From NCBI GenBank assembly GCA_018304505.1, contig JAGVWA010000020.1, positions 1-36,880 on the forward strand: 36,880 nt of DNA, written 5' to 3'. The position numbers were made by a program, and so were the translations under genes. The first letter of the stretch is position 1; every line of letters starts with the position of its first letter. The stretch comes from Nanobdellati archaeon (GTDB lineage: Archaea > B1Sed10-29 > JAGVWA01). The notes under the pieces were generated by a model, which had not been told where the DNA came from, ran no database searches, and saw only the letters and a list, made by a program, of their open reading frames with translations. Below, piece by piece: positions 34,882 to 36,880 of this stretch.

Positions 34882-35082
34882 ATGAGTACAGTGACACTTG
34901 AGCAAATAAATAATGGTATTTTAGACATAAAACAAGAACTTGATGAAATAAAAGATTACCTTGAAGAGGAACAAATGGAACTTAGTGATGAAACCAAGAA
35001 AAGAATACAAGAATCACGAAGCAGGCCTATTTCTGAAATGAAGACGCAGAAAGAAATTGAAGAGAAGTACCATGAGCTTTGA
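34882..35082 (+). CDS. Putative antitoxin (acidic, upstream of RelE)
   Basis: Small acidic ORF overlapping the relE start; GGTGA RBS. Confidence 0.75.
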   Translation: MSTVTLEQINNGILDIKQELDEIKDYLEEEQMELSDETKKRIQESRSRPISEMKTQKEIEEKYHEL

Positions 35083-35326
35083 ATTGCGTTGGGACTTAAA
35101 AGCAGAAGAACAACTAGATAAGTTGCCAAAAGAAATTTCTATACGAATTGTTAAAAAAGTAGCTCAAGTTGCAGAAACTGGAAGAGGTATTGAAGCCCTC
35201 AAGGAATTTAAATATGGGCATAAGATCAGGGTAGGGGATTACCGGGCTCTAGTAGATGTTTATTACGATCCTGATCTAATAGTAGTGCGTGTTGTTGACC
35301 ACAGAGGCAAGATTTACAAGAGGTAA
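35072..35326 (+). CDS. RelE/ParE-family toxin
   Basis: AEEQLDKLPKEISIRIVKKV...KIRVGDYRALV...VRVVDHRGKIY. Confidence 0.9.
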   Translation: MSFELRWDLKAEEQLDKLPKEISIRIVKKVAQVAETGRGIEALKEFKYGHKIRVGDYRALVDVYYDPDLIVVRVVDHRGKIYKR

Positions 35327-35364
35327 TGTACCTATTTAAGAATAATAATAAGGCGTGGGTAGTG

Positions 35365-35609
35365 CTAAAGCAGGTCCTTGGTTTTCCACACCTTGATTTT
35401 GTTTTGTTTGTCAAAGTCTTTGTCTGCTGTCCAGAGGCCGTCGTTGTCAATTGAGAGTGCGAGGGCAGCAGGTCTATGTACATGAGGGTCTCTTGTAGGG
35501 CGTATTCGGGTATGAAGAGTTCGTGGGCTCCGCTGATAATGATTTTTCTAACACCAGAGTCTTTGATCATCGCTGAGAGCATTATGTTGGCGTCTACGAT
35601 GAGCCTCAT
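35365..35609 (-). pseudogene. VapC/PIN toxin pseudogene (internal deletion plus frameshift)
   Basis: N-terminus MRLIVDANIMLSAMIKDS...PEYALQE joined out of frame near 35470 to the C-terminus ALALSIDNDGLWTADKDF. Confidence 0.82.
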
Positions 35610-35839
35610 GCTTTCATCAGCTCTTTGTGGCGTTGCCAGAGCCCCTTCTTGATTACATCATCCAGTTCTTCAACATCCCTGCTTGTCATTTGGCTTTTTG
35701 CGACGAGTTTGTCGAGTAAGTCTAGGTCTCTGATTTTCTGTTTTATTGCTTGCCGGGCTACGTCGCTCCAGTTCAGTTCTGAGTGTTTTTTCATCCTTTG
35801 TGCCAGCGGCGCGGGGATTGATAGTGTCATGCTAACCAT
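35606..35839 (-). CDS. RHH-type antitoxin (paralog of 28405-28641)
   Basis: MVSMTLSIP...KHSELNWSDVARQAI; coupled to the PIN pseudogene. Confidence 0.82.
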   Translation of the reverse strand: MVSMTLSIPAPLAQRMKKHSELNWSDVARQAIKQKIRDLDLLDKLVAKSQMTSRDVEELDDVIKKGLWQRHKELMKA

Positions 35840-35848
35840 TTTTATCAC

Positions 35849-35873
35849 TACGTTTATTATGTGCATAAACGTA
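35849..35873. promoter_or_regulatory. Palindromic operator upstream of the antitoxin
   Basis: TACGTTTAT-N7-ATAAACGTA next to a TATA-like box. Confidence 0.55.
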
Positions 35874-36091
35874 TATAAAAGTTGCGTTCAATATTGGGAT
35901 GATATAACAATAAAAAACAACTTATCGTATTTATTGTATGGATGCGACTGTCAGGGCGAGGTTGAAAGCTGCGCGTGAACGCGCGCTAAGGAGGCTCGTG
36001 ACGTGCCCCGAAAAACCGGCGCGGGTTTAAACCAGTTTAAACTAACTTCAGTGGCAAAATCGTTATAAGGAAAGCATGCCAGAATAATTAG

Positions 36092-36511
36092 GTGAATTAC
36101 TATTTCGACAGTGATGTATGGATCTGTTATATGGATGAAACCGATGCGCGACACGATGATGTGGTCGCGCTATTTAGCATGCTGATGAGAGAAAAAAGCA
36201 TTGTACTGACATCAGAAAGGCACGTAAAAGAGATGAAGAGCACTGGTAACTTGGAAGAATTCGAGAGGGTACAATCCAACCTCTGGAAAAACAGGTGGTG
36301 CCTGCAGGTTCAGTCTACGGAATTTGATCGGCAGCTTGCCCTCCGCCACAATGAGAAATTCAAGGTCGGCTTTGGGGATTGTTTGCATTTAATACTGGCA
36401 GATACACACAAAGCGATCGCATGCTCTTATGATAGGCATTGGCACACAGTGGGTAAAGAGTTGGGAATTAAAGTCTATTATCCTCGAGATCTTCTTTACT
36501 TGGGAAATTGA
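36092..36511 (+). CDS. PIN-domain protein (VapC-like)
   Basis: YYFDSDVWI, HVKEM, FGDCLHL, CSYDRHW: the acidic PIN catalytic set. Confidence 0.82.
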   Translation: MNYYFDSDVWICYMDETDARHDDVVALFSMLMREKSIVLTSERHVKEMKSTGNLEEFERVQSNLWKNRWCLQVQSTEFDRQLALRHNEKFKVGFGDCLHLILADTHKAIACSYDRHWHTVGKELGIKVYYPRDLLYLGN

Positions 36512-36722
36512 AGTACTTTCTGTGTTTTTCTTGATCCCTTAGCAGGTCATCAAACATCATGTTGAATGCTTTTACATGGTCGCCATTGGCTTTTCTAAGA
36601 TATTCGAGATCGATTTTTCTCTTTGCGCGGCGCGCGATCAATGTGCACCGCTCCATTTTCTCATGTGGATCGTCCAGTTGCGTTTCAAATGTACTAGTGG
36701 GGGCTGCTGTTGCTTCAGCCAT
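36468..36722 (-). CDS. Small hypothetical protein, possible antitoxin, convergent on the PIN gene
   Basis: 84-aa ORF with GTGAT RBS; 3' end overlaps the PIN gene by 44 nt. Confidence 0.55.
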   Translation of the reverse strand: MAEATAAPTSTFETQLDDPHEKMERCTLIARRAKRKIDLEYLRKANGDHVKAFNMMFDDLLRDQEKHRKYFNFPSKEDLEDNRL

Positions 36723-36880
36723 AATTAATCACTTATTCTATTTGCGAAGCGCAGGTATTTAATGATTTTGCCAACCGCGATGGGTTTAAACCGGCGCGGG
36801 TTTAAACCCACAGCTGTTGCAAAAACTTATTAAGCATGTTTTGTCAAAACACATGCATGGTATTGCGCATTAAAGACATG

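Larger units (their letters stand above)
34649..35469. repeat. 118-bp direct repeats (34649-34766, 35352-35469) bracketing the RelBE-like cassette
   Basis: Copies differ at one position; each encodes a PIN C-terminus AALALSIDNDGLWTADKDFDKQNKIKVWKTKDL[I/L]* on the minus strand. Confidence 0.92.
36013..36808. repeat. 21-bp repeats (36013-36033, 36788-36808) flanking a convergent gene pair
   Basis: AAACCGGCGCGGGTTTAAACC twice; the second lies within the near-perfect palindrome TGGGTTTAAACCGGCGCGGGTTTAAACCCA. Confidence 0.85.

Noticed and set aside
35226-35609. Intact 127-aa PIN toxin as given in the ORF track
   Set aside because: After about residue 47 the frame leaves PIN-like sequence; the true C-terminus is in another frame, so it is called a pseudogene

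Overview
Archaeal chromosomal segment: it carries TFE, aTrm56, Rpp21, S19e/L39e/L31e, aIF6, prefoldin-alpha, Pus10/TrmY, GGGP synthase, TATA-box promoters and a tRNA intron with a bulge-helix-bulge-like junction. Gene style suggests a DPANN-like lineage, which is an inference. 0.4-15 kb: a complete type IV pilus locus with five class III signal-peptide minor pilin-like genes around a 1459-aa secreted beta-propeller/Ig protein with an Asp/Cys Ca-binding-like tail (candidate PilY1-analogous adhesin). The locus also has a wHTH-like protein, a CpaF/TadA ATPase, two TadB/C-type membrane proteins, three tandem pilins and a KaiC-like ATPase; the prepilin peptidase lies at 27 kb. 15-19 kb: tfe, trm56 and three tRNAs (Lys with a D-loop intron, Phe, Gly), each followed by related hairpin-rich non-coding DNA. 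tRNA-Phe 3'-end duplications bracket a hairpin element and a toxin-antitoxin cassette. 19-27.8 kb: the conserved rnp4-S19e-PDCD5-L39e-L31e-aIF6-pfdA-ftsY-srp54-trmY-pus10 cluster, with a 176-nt apparently dual-coding overlap between an H1-like S19e tail and the PDCD5 homolog. 28-36.9 kb: rtcA, MgtC/DUF4010, GGGPS, an MBL hydrolase and an RPA-like gene, interspersed with intact and decayed TA modules, several bounded by direct repeats. All family calls come from motif recognition by eye; no database searches were run.
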